Below the pieces are notes generated by a model, which saw only the letters and a list, made by a program, of their open reading frames with translations, did no database searches and was not told the origin of the DNA. A stretch of 61,731 nucleotides of DNA. It comes from Octopus bimaculoides. Taxonomy: Eukaryota. Location of the stretch: positions 121,944,550 to 122,006,280 of the forward strand of contig NC_068982.1 in the NCBI RefSeq assembly GCF_001194135.2, given 5' to 3'. This document shows positions 1 through 13,800 of the stretch, one piece after another (the first letter of the stretch is position 1; every line of letters starts with the position of its first letter). The position numbers and the translations under genes are program-made.

Positions 1-470
1 GGACCGCCTTAAAGCCTTGAAGTTCTACTCTCTCCAGCGCCGCTGCGAGCAGGACATCATTTGTACGATTTGGAAAATATACCGCCAGCATTGCCCAAAC
101 GACCTGAACATTAGTTTCAAGGTTCATCCAAGGCTAGGACCACGAGCCATACATCCCCTGCTCAATTCAGGATCACAACATATAGGTACACTGCGGCATA
201 ATTTCTTTTCTTCAACAGGCCCTGCCCAGTTTAACATTGTCCCGAAACAGATAAAAGAGGAAAATGATCCTATCAGCTTTAAACGGAGTCAAGACAGATT
301 TCTTCAAGGAATACCAGACAAGCCACCCATACCTGGATACAACTCACTCAATAAGAACTCACTACTTGAATGGACCATAGACAAAACTTGACTGTAAAAA
401 GAATTTAGATAATCCTATCAGGTGGTGCTATTAAGTTAGACATGGCCTGGACCAATCTTTGGTCAAAATA
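1..470 (+). mobile_element. 3' end of a non-LTR retrotransposon ORF2 (CR1/L2/Jockey-like group) plus 3'UTR
   Basis: RLKALKFYSLQRR...IWKIY...GPAQFNIVPKQIK...SFKRSQDRFLQGIPDKP is the typical post-RT C-terminus of this LINE group. Confidence 0.8.
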
Positions 471-1121
471 TATCTAAGTTTTACACATAGAAATTATATT
501 GTTTTCTCAGCTTCTATGTGAGAATACAACATATGCAAAATTACTTTGAGAAAACGGAGTTTAAAATATTCTTTACTCCTGCACAGTTGTAGAGTTGCCA
601 TTATCCAGGCCCGCTTCACCATTCACCTACTTCTATGACCAAAATACATGACAGCATCTCATAAAAAGTTACATGCCTTATAAGCAACTATTCAACGCAA
701 ACCAATTACAGTCATTGTCTTTGCTGAATTGTTACCCTCCGCTGCTGTGACCATTGTCATAATTACAACTACTACACCACTAAATATGCTCCCTTCCACT
801 TTTCTTATAACATGATCATGATGCAATTCCTTATGATCATAATTCAGATCACAAACACCACCTATTATCAAGTTCTTCCTCCCACAAAACTACAACCCTT
901 TCGACCTTCCCACTGTGACTGCCGTTATCTAGGCAAAACTGATTAACTTATTTTATTATCCTTTTCATTCCAGCTCAGTCAGATCTTTGGACTAATAAAA
1001 CAGAATAACAAAAGCCTTAAAATTTCAAGAAACTAGTAAGGAATGCACACTTTACTGAAAATATTTAAACCATTCCTCAACCAAATTACTTAAGCAGAAC
1101 TACTTAAATAAACGGTCCATG

Positions 1122-1162
<41 letters not shown>

Positions 1163-1637
1163 CCTGAACCATTAAATACTGTTCAATAAATAAAAAAGAT
1201 ATAACTCCAACTTTTCATATTTCATTTGTGATACTCAACTTGATGGCAAACTACTAAAAACAGATTATCACCTTCTGATATTATTTTACATCACAATGAC
1301 ACTAAAAAAAACAAAAGTTATAGGTACAAAGAAGAAAATTACCTATAACTATAAAACATCATACCTCAGTTCTTGTCAGTAGTTAAAATAATCTAATGGC
1401 GATAATTTTCTTAATCTATTTAAACTGAATAAGATATTTAGCTAAAAAGGGTTGCATTCAATCGTTTTGATAAATTTCAATATTTTCCAATTGGAATGAT
1501 GGAAAATAGTTCAGAAATCAAAATTTTGTAACTAAAAAGAAAATTCATTTTAAGAATAAAAAAAATTATGGTTTTTGAGAAAGCAGAGCTATGCAGGCTT
1601 AAGATAAAACATAAGAAAAGTAAAAAAGAAAACTTAC

Positions 1638-1889
1638 AGATGATATTCGTGATGTACTAGGTGAAGCTGGAGTGTGAGGGTTGGATGGTGGGGTCATGGG
1701 GTTTTGAAAGCGTAAGTTACCATCTTGTCGAGGCCGGGAGGCTGGTGAACCAACTGAGGGGTTCTGAGGGAGAAAGATTTCAACTGAATCCATTCCAATA
1801 GGAGACAGAGGATGGTCTTCTTCAGTGGTGGAACGCCGCCGAGGATGGCTCCCAGTCACCGTTTCATCAACAAACATGTTTAAGAAAGC
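1638..1889 (-). CDS. MED14: MED14 exon (AFLNMFVDE...[14 protein letters not shown]...SP-rich)
   Basis: ORF track 1599..1877; tctag/gtaagt; start of the SP-rich disordered region. Confidence 0.95.
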
Positions 1890-4800
1890 CTAGAATATTA
1901 AAAAAAAAAAAAATACTTTTAATAAAAATAAAGATTATATAATATTAAAAAGCTGAGGCTGTTTCACAATATTCAAGAAGATATTGTTCTTACAAATAAA
2001 ATCACATCACACAAGTCTGTTTGCTCCAAGACTATGCTGGAGCAGTCTTGGAGCAAACAGATGTTCTTCCTAAATTCAACCCTCACTGGTCTCCAAACAA
2101 CATAATAATCTAGTCTCTCAAACAACATCCATGTGTGTGTGCTGGGGCAGGGGTAGAGATATCTTTTGATATCTCTATAGTAACTTCAATGACATTATTA
2201 CACTCATTATACAAAGAAACTCTAATTGATTTTCTGCAACACATTAACACTCAGTTTGTAAAGTCATAAAAAATTTATAAATAATAGCATCACAGCTTAC
2301 AGGCTTCCAATAGGTAAATCACTGGTCCATCACATTTCTGACCAAGGTGTTATTTTTTTTTTCTGCCAATGGTTAAATCCTTTATATATACATTTTATAT
2401 GTATGTATATTATATGTATCAGCAAAAGATGTAAACAGTGATACATATAATATATGTGTGTGTGTGTGTATATATATATCATCATCAGCATCATCGTTTA
2501 ACGTCCGCTTTCCATGCTAGCATGGGTTGGACGATTTGACTGAGGACTGGTGAAACCGGATGGCAACACCAGGCTCCAGATATATATATGTACATACAAA
2601 CAAAAAAGCTTCTGCACAGTCTCTGTCTATTTAATGCCACTAACAAGGGCATTAGTTAAACTGAAGCTATGGTAGAATTTAGTGGCACACAGCTGGAGCA
2701 AGACCATGGAATAACGTGTGTATGAAGTAAACTTCTTAACAACACTGACATGCCTTCCTATTTACTTTCTACACAACCAAGTTGCTGACCATGATATATA
2801 AGTGTCTCAGGTAGGAAGAGGAATAACCTATCGATGAAAATGTTTCAGAAAATGAACCAATGACTAACTAATATCATTAATTTCACATCCAAAATGGAAT
2901 GTACAGCTGCAAAAAACAAGTAGTTGTAAGAAAAATACACTACTACCGATTAAACCTATACAAGGCTGAGTTAGCCATTTCAGTCAGCTTTCATAGCAAG
3001 AGGTCTTTAACATTAAGACAGGCCTGTGATCACATGTTTTAGTCAAGGATTTACTGTTGTTTTCTCATATATAGTGTACCTAGGACTACATTATCTAATG
3101 TTCCTCACCTTCTTTTCTTAAGATGGCAAGGTGTTAATTGAGACATGGACATTAAAGAATGATGATGATGATGAATACAGTTGCAGATGAATTGCATGAA
3201 ACATACAAAGTGAACATGAATACCATGACTACTAGTAACAAAAAGTTTATTATATTTACTTTGAGACCGGGCGTAGGTGTGAAGCCATCAATCACTTTGC
3301 TGGTATCGAACAAACTGATAGCACCATCTCTGACGGCTACCATTTTACCACTTCGGAAATGTACATCAACACAACTCCTGTTTTAAGTTAAGGAAATAAA
3401 ACAACTAACATATTCATACAAGTCACACATATGTTTATACTTGTGTAGGAGTGTTTGACTTAGGGTTTTCGAGCGAGATCGTTGCCGGTGCCCCTGGACT
3501 GGCTCGTGCGAGTGGCACATAAAAGACACCATTTCGAGCGTGGCCGTTTTCGTGCGGGTGACACGTAAAAGCACCCACTACACTCTCTGAGTGGTTGGAG
3601 TTAGGAAGGGCATCCAGCTGTAGAAACTCTGCCAAATTAGATTGGAGCCTGGTGTTGCCATCCGGTTTCACCAGTCCTCAGTCAAATCGTCCAACCCATG
3701 TTAGCATGGAAGGCGGACGTTAAACGATGATGATGATGATGATGATGATGATGAGACATACCTCTACACATACAAATATACCTATAATTCTTTTCAGATA
3801 CACATATAATCATCATCATCATTTTAATGTCTACTTTTTCACGGTTGCATGAGTCAGACAAGACTATGCTGGAGAAGTCTTGGAGCAAACAGATGTTCTT
3901 CTTAAATTCAACCCTCACTGGTCTCCAAACAACAGTAATCTAGTTTCTCAAACAACACCATGTGAATAACTCTTTTATCTACAAAGATTATGCAACATGT
4001 CGAGAAGCCTGGACATGCTTTCACTGAGAACAGCAAGCAAAACATCATCCAACACCATCAGCAAAGGCTGTTGCTTACAACCAGCAAATGCACAGGAAGA
4101 TGAGGGACTTTGGTTGACCTGAGGCTATAGTAGAAGACACTTGTCCAAGGCACCAGGACTGAACCCAGAACCAAGTGGTTGGGAAGTGAATTTCTCAACC
4201 ACACAGCCACAACTTTACACCAATATGAGAAAAACTTATTGTCTGTATTACATTATTCATGAATGAAGGAATTATACACTCATGAAGAAAATCTATATTT
4301 GTAGAAGAAACTTCATTAGTTTTATGTTCACTTTTCCATGCTCACGAGGAATAGGAAGATCTCTGCACCTGTCATGGTCTTTGTCAGGTCTACTATTTCA
4401 AGATTAGCACCTCTAATGCCATGATTTTCTTTCAACAACATACTTTCATTTGACCCATGCAAGCACAGATGTTAACATAGAAAGATTTTAGAAAATATAG
4501 CAACTTTTTACTATATTAATTCTGCCCCCTTTCTTGTATTTTTTATCTTTTACTTACCTCTTATCAGACTGCAGCCATGCTGGGGCACAGACTTGAAAGG
4601 TTTAGCTGAACAAATTGACTCCTGAAATTATTTCTTAAACCTGGTACTTAAAAAATAATTACTGGGGTCAATTTGTCCTCATAACTTTGCCAAACTGCTG
4701 TTATGGGGTCATGAACAAACCAGCACTGGTTGTCAAGCAGTGGTGGGGGACAAATACACGCGCATGCACACACTCACACATACACACACAAAGAGGCTTC

Positions 4801-7800
4801 TTTCACTTTCCATCTACTAAATCCACTCACAAGGCTTTGGTTGGCCTGTGGTTATAGCAGAAGACACTTGCCCAAGGTGTCACACAGTGGGACTGAGCTT
4901 GGAACCATGTAGTTGGGAAGCAAACTTCTTACCACACAGTCACACCTGTGCCATCTACTACCAAGCAGGAAGGCTGTGGGCTATGCCCAAGACTCTTTAC
5001 AGAGCCTCCAAGACTGGTAGGAGGAAGGCACATAGGGAGCATGAAACAGGAACTTGGCATGAACACATGCAAAAGAGTAAACTCACCATCATCATCATCA
5101 TTATTATCGGTTAACGTCCGTCTTCTATGCTAGCATGGGTGGAACGGTACTACAAGAGCTGGCCAGGTTGAAGCCTGCACCAGACTTCTGTGACTGTTTT
5201 GGCAGGATTTTTACAGCTGGATGCCCTTCCTAACACCAACCACCCAGCAGAGTGGATTCAGTGCATTTTACGTGGCACAAGCACAGGCTAGTGGCATCAT
5301 TTTAGATACTCGACTACAAAGGTCAGTATCAGTTCAAATGTCACTAGGCATTGTGCCTCCACTACAACAAGGTAACTTTGCTCAGAACTACTTCAAGGTT
5401 GAGTTATTAGCGTTAATAAAGGAATCCAGTTGTAAACATGGACTAGTCTGGCAGTATGTAATGTAAAGAATTTTGTTAAAACCAGTCTATCACTGAGTGC
5501 CAGGATTTAATGATAACATCAAAATGCTAAAAAGCACTGGTACTGGTACCACATAAAAGGCACTGAAGATAGTTCCATGTAAAAAAGCACCCACTACACT
5601 CTGTAAAGTAGTTGGCATTAAGAAGGACAACCAACCATAGATACCAGGCCAGAACAGACTATGGAACCTGTTACAGCCCTGGTCTTTGCAGTTCCTGTCA
5701 AGCATTCCAACCCATGTCAACAAGGAAAACAGATGATGAATCAGGATATGATGGTATATAAGCATAAAGATATCAATGTAAAAGAAAAATTATTCAAAAG
5801 AAAAGGATACACATTGCGAAAGGTAATTCTAACATGTGTTGTTGACTGTGGTATAATAGTGAAGCTAAGCATAGATTGCTTTGGATGCTGTAAATAGAAG
5901 ATAACAATAGTTATAATTTCAAGTAGTTCTATAGTTTCTTACAACACTGAGTAATAAACAAAAGACAAATAAAATACCAAGAATTTGTGACACTTACAGT
6001 CGAACCACCCAATAATGGAGAGGTGCTTAATTTATTTATTGATGTTAAAGGACTCCATGTATCATTCAGTAACTGAAATAAAAAAGGAAAAGAAAAATGA
6101 TTTGACAGAAAAGAATCAAACATTAAATTCACAGAAATATATAGAAATGGTATATTAAATGCCACAGAACCTCCCAAAACTAGACACCAATATTTAAGCC
6201 TTATTCAAGCCTAATTAAGTTACCTATGAAGAAAACCAAATAATACCAAAGTAAGCAATCCCCACAAATTCTTTCCACTTTACAAGAATGAAAGACAACC
6301 CAGAATCTAATCCACACAAGAAAAATATTTACACTTGGTCATTTACATATTGAGATTTTATTCAGTCCCATCTAAAAATAAAGTGACTGACCATACACAA
6401 CACATTAGGTATTCAGGGTTATTCACCATTAGCAAAAAAATATTTTGGGAAAAAGTTTGTTTTCAGTTTAGAAGTGCAATAAATAGTTATAATAGTACTT
6501 ACTTGAACCAAATTAGCAACTGCATCTGTACTATTAGCACAATTAAGCTCCTCTTGAAGCTGGGTGATTACTAAAACATGGGGGTTGATAGTGGATGCAT
6601 TTTGACCACATGTTCCTAGAGTGAGATGGAAAGACTTAGTGTCTATTCGCCAAGCTATGTTTACCTGTAAGCAAAGAAAAAAATTTTTTTAGCATAAAAA
6701 TGATAAAATGATTTTTGTTTTCAATTTATAGGAAAGAAAAACTATAGATCAGATATCAATTAAAGTTCTATATTGGCAAAATCATTATCTTCATCATCAT
6801 TTAACATCAAGTTTTCCATGCTAGCATGGGTCAGACAGAATTTGTTGAGGCAGATTTTCTATGGCTGGATACCCTTCCTGTTGCCAACCCTCCTCGTTTC
6901 CAAGCAAGGTAATATTTTCCCATTGGTAGTCATGTTTTTCCCAGAAGACTGGAAAAAACATTGCTTGTATGACAGTGATGCTCATTTACAACTATTACAT
7001 GCTATCAAGTTGAAGGCACATTCACATACATATGAAGAGCTCCTTTCAGTTTCCATCTCCCAAACTCACTGGCAAGGCTTTGTTTTTGCCTGGGGCCTTA
7101 GTAGAAGTTACTTGCTCAAAGTACTACACAGTGGGACTGAACCTGAGATCACAAGGTTCAGAAGCAAACTTCTTAACCACGGTTTTTTCCTGCAAGCTTC
7201 AGGTATTGATTCAATAAACATCTGATAACTTTCAGAATGTCTACAATTTATATGAATACAAATATTATAATAATGACTATCAGAAAGATAGTTAACAGGA
7301 GAATATGGAAAAAGGTTCTAATTCAATATTCATATCGTATTTCTTCAGTCATTAAATAGAGAAAAAATACTTGGGGGTTTAATCTCCTGGGTATGAATAC
7401 CTGATAAATCCAACATGCAAAACATATATGCTTTGCTCTATAGCATTTATTTGCTAGATAACTACTATTCAAGAGAGTTTATTCCATCACTAATATCACA
7501 ACTCTAGATCATAATCTATGTAAAATTCAAAATTCGAAAAGTTTACATACTTTCTGAAAGGTTTCTTCCAACTTGATGCAACATTCATGGCAAATGACAA
7601 GAGAAAGACTAAATTCTACCAATAATTTAGAATCCTCAAGAATCGAGATTTACCTAATATAGCCATCAAGGACATAATTGTAAGTCATTTCTTGCATTAA
7701 CAATTTCACATGTAGAATGTAGTGAACCTAGAAGCAAATTCTAAGATAATCCTTGATAGCTGTAATCTATTTTATAGTACCACTTTCATAAAAGGGGTCT

Positions 7801-10800
7801 AAGAAGGTATCATATATTCTAGTTAAATATATAGTGACCAAGCAATAGCCAGGTAAAAAATATTCCAGTTATTAAATCAGAATTAGCTGTTCTCCCTCTT
7901 TCTCTCTGTATGAAATGCTTAGAAACTTTGAACTTACAAGACTTGTCTGAGTAACTCCATAAACAATGGTCAGTTTTCTGTAGTTATAAGACCGTACTTC
8001 AATCAGTTTCTGTAAACCTGTCCTGCTATCTGGAATTGCCAGAGACATATATCAAACAAAATCAATATTACAGAGATATTTCTCAAAAGGTATATAGGAA
8101 TAGACATTACATAAAAATAGAATGTTTCTAATCTTCAATATGTTAATTTGCTAGATGATAATTACTTGTACCAACAATATCATAGTGTTTGCAAATTTGC
8201 TCAGCAGCTACTTTAAATAATTAATCTCATTGTGACAAAATGCAAGCAGCATTAGGGAGTAAACATTCAAATTACATTTCATTGTTGACCAAGATGAAAT
8301 TCAGCATAAACAGTATGGCTGCCTTAGTCATACAGATCATGCTACAAGTTAATTTTAGAACTGAAATTTAGTTGAGTGAAAAGATGTGATATTTGCATCT
8401 CATCCAAAGGTCAAAATTTTCTTTACTAAAGTGAAAAAATGCATTAAAAGCTTCATTCCCATAATCTTACATTTCAATTCAATAACAATAATATGATGAG
8501 GAAAAAGACAATTCATAGAGAATCATAACTTGTTATTTTATATATCAAATAACATTACATCAAATATATTTTTGATTTCTTTTAATAAACAAAAATTATT
8601 TAATTATGCAACTGCTTTCTATTTAAAACCTGTGTTATGTTGCAAATTTGTTAAAGTGAATCAAATTAAACAGAACACCACCACCCCAACACTTATAGAA
8701 GATATGAAATCAGAAGGTTAAAAATCCTACAAATTACTGACAAACTGTAAAGAATAACATATCTTGAAAAGTATAACAGTACACTGAAAAAATGGAGTTT
8801 CACAGTTTGTTTGCATTTCTTTAATCTTTTCCTATGCCTCTAACATCTAAACTTCAGTATCTAATAGATGATGTTTATGTCCTGCTGCAATGTGAAGAAT
8901 AAATATTTAAAATCAAAATAGCTTCACTGTTGTAATCTACCAGTTATGGACTTTTAACCTCCCTTCAGTACAAAAAGAAAAATTATATTCTCTTGACAGC
9001 ATACATTTGCAAGGTAAAAATTTTATAGTACACATAAAATGGTAATATACAATACTAAATAGAGATCAAGTTATTATTGTAAATCAATTTGCTTACCATT
9101 AAAAAAATGTGAAAAATTATAAACTGCCTGATACAGGTTAGCTACCAAGGTCCACTCATCAAGAAGGTCTTGAACAGTTTTACTGGCTTGGTCCGTGTTG
9201 AGATCAAAGGAGAAATAAACTCGTTGTATGGGACCTAAAAGAGAAAAGAGTGCAGCAGTGAATATTTTAGTTATCCACTATTACAATGTATTTGGGTTGT
9301 AAAATACAAATAAAGACAGTAAAAAAGAACCACAATACTTTTTAATGCAGGCATGGTAAGCCTCTTTCAAGAAGTAGGCTGCAAAAGACATGGTTCATCA
9401 TGAGGTGAGCCACACTAGTAAAAACATTCATGGTAATTTTTCATTAGGCATGCCATTCAGAAAGTTGCACAGCCTGCAGTTTGCCCAAGACTGCTTTAAT
9501 GTCATGAGCAAACATGTCAATAACAATGGTGACATAGCTAAACTGATAGTAATGTTTTAACAGATTACATTATGGCATTTGATTCAAAGACATCAATTCT
9601 ACATCATGGGTATTTTTTAAGAATAGTATGAAACTTTTTCACCCAAAATTCATCAACTACTTGTTCACACTACGTCTAGGTCAGGGTGGTTATCTACCTC
9701 TCTTATACACATCAATCATTGCCTTTAATAGCTAACCACTCACCCAGCTTACTATTTTTAGAGAATCATCACACTAGGACTTCGCTCATAGCATCCACAA
9801 GCACTCTTAGACACAAACACTATCGTAAAGTCTACACAGTTAATGTCTAGAGGGAATCATAAATATTTTGTTTCATCAAGAGTTATCCTAGTTAACAAAT
9901 ATTTAAGAATAAATTTAATGTCTTTTTATTTCAATTTAAAAAAACAAATGATACAAAATACTTCAAGATTTGGAAAGAATTTACCTTGTTCTTTTGGACT
10001 AGTAGTTTTGATTGGACAGTTGGTGAAAACAAACTAAAAAGACAAAAAGTTAACAACAATAGTATTTTAGGCAGGAAGAAAAACATTCAGAAAACACAAG
10101 AGATATTGACAATCATGGGAAGCGATAGGATGATGGAGGTTTCAAAGGATATACATGATGTTAGGTGAAGAGAGGGACAGCAAGATGTATGATGAACACT
10201 TAGCAGACAGCAAATATTAACCTCGTGCCAGGCTCTTCTGCAGCACCACAATCAGCTCAGTCCTTTGTCATCTCTTCTGTGAGATGCAGCATCTTTAGGT
10301 CAGTCCCACTTCATCTCAAGTCTTCCTTATCTCCCACTTCCACAAGTTACATTAACTTAGCACTTCTTTATGCAGCAGTCATTCTCTATACACATTACAT
10401 CCCCTTACCAGCACAGCATTCTCTCTTGTACACTACACTTAATTCTTCCTATAACCAGGTTATCTCTCAACTCATTTGTATTCTGGTGCTCATGCATATT
10501 AACACTGCACATCTATTGGATTATGTTTCTTTCATTTCTTTCTAGCCTTTGCAGCCTTCTGAATTTCTCTCAATCTATGGCTGATATGCACACAAGCATG
10601 CACACAAAAGTGCTAAAAGTTAATTTCAATATTTAGCTAATACTAGTTCTTGTGATCGTTCAGGCTTAAATGAAGTCTTACCTCAACAATCCAGTTCCTT
10701 GTTGGACGAACTTGAATCCTGAATTTGCTAGATAATAAATTCTTTCTTAATTCATCCATGGTTTCCGGTGTACAACCTTTACAATTTGGCAAACTGAAAG

Positions 10801-13800
10801 CAATTTAGACACAATGATAAAGTTATTGTCATTAAAGTGAAAAAGCATGTTCAGTTTCAATCTATCACTATTTTGATTAACAGATGGCCAGCCAACACTG
10901 AAGAACTGAATTTTGACTATATCAGAAGCAATTACCTGATTTTACTTTTAAGCTTAATCTAGATTTCTTTGGATAAATAAAAAATTAACCCCTAAAATAT
11001 TTCATAGCTCCTGTTAATATACAGAAAGAAAATTACTGTGAATCAACAAGCGAGTTGTTAAACATGCTAGAAATAGCAGCCAAATCTCTCTCTCTCTCTT
11101 TACTGGCTTTCAAAAGGAAGAAAACATTAGATAATGTTTAATGAACATTAAATGAAATAAAGAACAGTCTGATTATAACTAGAATGCTTTTGATAAGTTT
11201 GCTCATTCAGCACTGAACTACCTCTAGTAAAGATGTGGTTCAGAGTAGAGTTTCTGCAATGGGACACAGGGTAAGTCATGATAACTTTGCACACAGTTCA
11301 CTAGTTTATCTCTATTTTCAGGTGGTGATTACAGTTGATCTACTTAGTTCATCCAATCAGGGTTGGTAATTAAGCATAGATGCAACTGAAGTAAATAGAT
11401 CTTGAGTGCGCATTTAATTAAGATTTGTCTAATGAACAGATTTTCTTTTCTCTGTGTTGAACTGATTAACTATAAAAAAAAAAAATAAACACAGGACGAG
11501 CTTAAAAGGAAAAAAAAAACAAGTTTATCTCAATAATTAACATTATACAATGTAGCAGTGATAACCATAGATGGATAAGTCAATAAAGGATTGGTCAACT
11601 GCCACAGTTTCAGATACTCCACTCTCCACAACTTAGTCCACCGAGCTGTAAATAGGTAACTAAACACTACACAATGCTGCACTGTTACTTCACATAGTAG
11701 CAACATACAACACTGCATACCAGGTTACTTAGAGTTATGCAATACCATTTATAGGATATGAACTGCTGATAGGCTAGTATGCTATTGATTCAACTAGTTG
11801 CAATCCTTGAGTAATATAAGGTACAAAAATTTCTCATGAAAAAAGAGATATGACTAACTATTTATTTACTTTTCTATCAAATATAGAATGTGTGTGTGTG
11901 TGAAGAGGGAGAGAGAGAGAGAGAGAGAGAAAGGCATCTTTTGTTAAACAAAAAGTGTAAAAGACTTACTCCATTATTGTGAGGGTCATACAGCTACCTT
12001 CACCATCTACTTGGATACCTTGATGTGGAATATTTCTTCTTGTTAGCTGCAAATTATATCAAAATCAATTAAAGTTTTTTACCCCTGAGAAACACAAAGA
12101 AAAAAAAAATGACAATAGTGGAATAAATCATAAATATAAAACATTTATTAATGTTTCATTTTGGTTCAATAACATTTTCTTGAATATTAGCCATAGATTC
12201 AGTCACTGAAGCCATCCTGACAAAAACTGAAATAGCTAACAGTGTCAGTATATCATCATCATCATCGTTTAACGTCCGCTTTCCATGCTAGCATGAAAAG
12301 CGGATGTTAAACGATGATGATGATATAAAATATATCATAAAGAAATTAAGATATAAACTATTTTTATAAAAACCAGTAATTTTGTTGCATCAAGTATCAT
12401 GCTTATTCTAGGATAAAACTACTTAATCCAATCTGTTTTGTCTCTCTCCAGAGCGAGATAAAATCAAACAGAGAGCTTGGAAGCATGAAAAAAAAGATGT
12501 ACACTGATGGAGTGTAAATGAAACAATCAAGAGAAGACAATAAAACTGGTGACTAAACAATTTAGTGCAGCCAACTGCCATTTTTGTGTGTGTATGTATT
12601 TTGTGTTTGACAACCATTTTCCCTTAAATTAGAAGCTTTTGTTGAAATAGAAGCAAATGTGTCATTTTGTCTTTCCAATATGCTGAGGTTGTTATGATTT
12701 CAAATTTTGACACAAAGCCAGCAATTTTCAGGGGAGGGGTAAGTTGATTACATCAACTCCAGTACTAAACCAGTACTTATTTTATCGACCCCCAAAAGGA
12801 TGAAAGGCAAAGTCAGCCTCAGCAAAATTTGAACTCGGAACACAAAGACAGATGAATTGACACTAAGCATTTTGCCTGGCATGCTAAGAATTCTGCCAGT
12901 TAGCCATCTTATGTTGAGGTAATAATGAATCATAAAAAAGGAAGCAAGAGAGAGCAGCTACCATGAGGCTGGAACTCAAATCTGTGTGTTCAACAGACAA
13001 GCACTTTAACCATAAAGCCATTTTTATGCTTTAGAAAATTTAACACTTAATGCAGATGGCTATATTACCATCACTCAAAGAAATGAAATGATAAAAAAAA
13101 AAAAAGAACCAACCTCTTCAGTTAAAGAAACAAATGGTAGCTTTTCCTCACAATGAGCCAACAAGAATGCTAATGGGGCAACAAAATAAGGAGATTCTTT
13201 CCTCATCTTAGCTGGTGGCCCCTCTTGATCACCCAACAGCAACTGCATACATACATAAAAAGAAATAAAATAGAAAAAATGTAAGAAAATAATTAAAAAT
13301 GTAAGAAAATCTGATAGAGAACTAGAAAAAGAAATATGGTACTTCACTGGGGTATTCAAAGAACTGTCCATATTGGTCACACTCAACTAGAAAAATATAC
13401 AGCAATTAAATGATAAGAGTGTATTCAATAGTGTACATATGTATCAGCATGCAAATGTAGCTGAATAGTGAAACAGTTCATTTTGGAGTTATGGTGACCT
13501 TAGTTCTATCTTACTACACAGAGCTTTAGAATTGTCTTCTAAAATAACCTGGGGTCAACCCAAGCCTTGTGAATGAAACTGTAAGCTTCTCAGATGATTG
13601 TAACTTATAATTCAAAGGGCCAGCCTAGTCATACATAGTGCTATGCTAATCTTCTTTACTTTAAGGATCTGTGAAATACATAGGGACTTGAATTATAGAC
13701 TCATTAAAATATACTGTAACTGATTGAACAACTAGAGTACTCATTGTCAAAACTGACAGGTTTATTTACTGATTTACTTGCATATACACGTGAAAAAAAA

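Noticed and set aside
2535-2560. CTGAGGA-ctggt-GAAA in the antisense RTE tail, resembling a hammerhead core
   Set aside because: Only 5 non-pairing nt for stem II and no stems I or III; chance match repeated by the repeat family.
9124-9130. Possible GC donor (CAG|GCAGTT) inside a MED14 exon
   Set aside because: The reading frame continues with MED14-like residues to a strong GT donor at 9096 that gives the correct phase.
12930-13020. tRNA-like sequence on the minus strand (A/B boxes, Asn-like anticodon loop) with a second copy near 13870-13950
   Set aside because: Stems are degraded; this is a decayed tRNA-derived SINE head rather than a tRNA gene.
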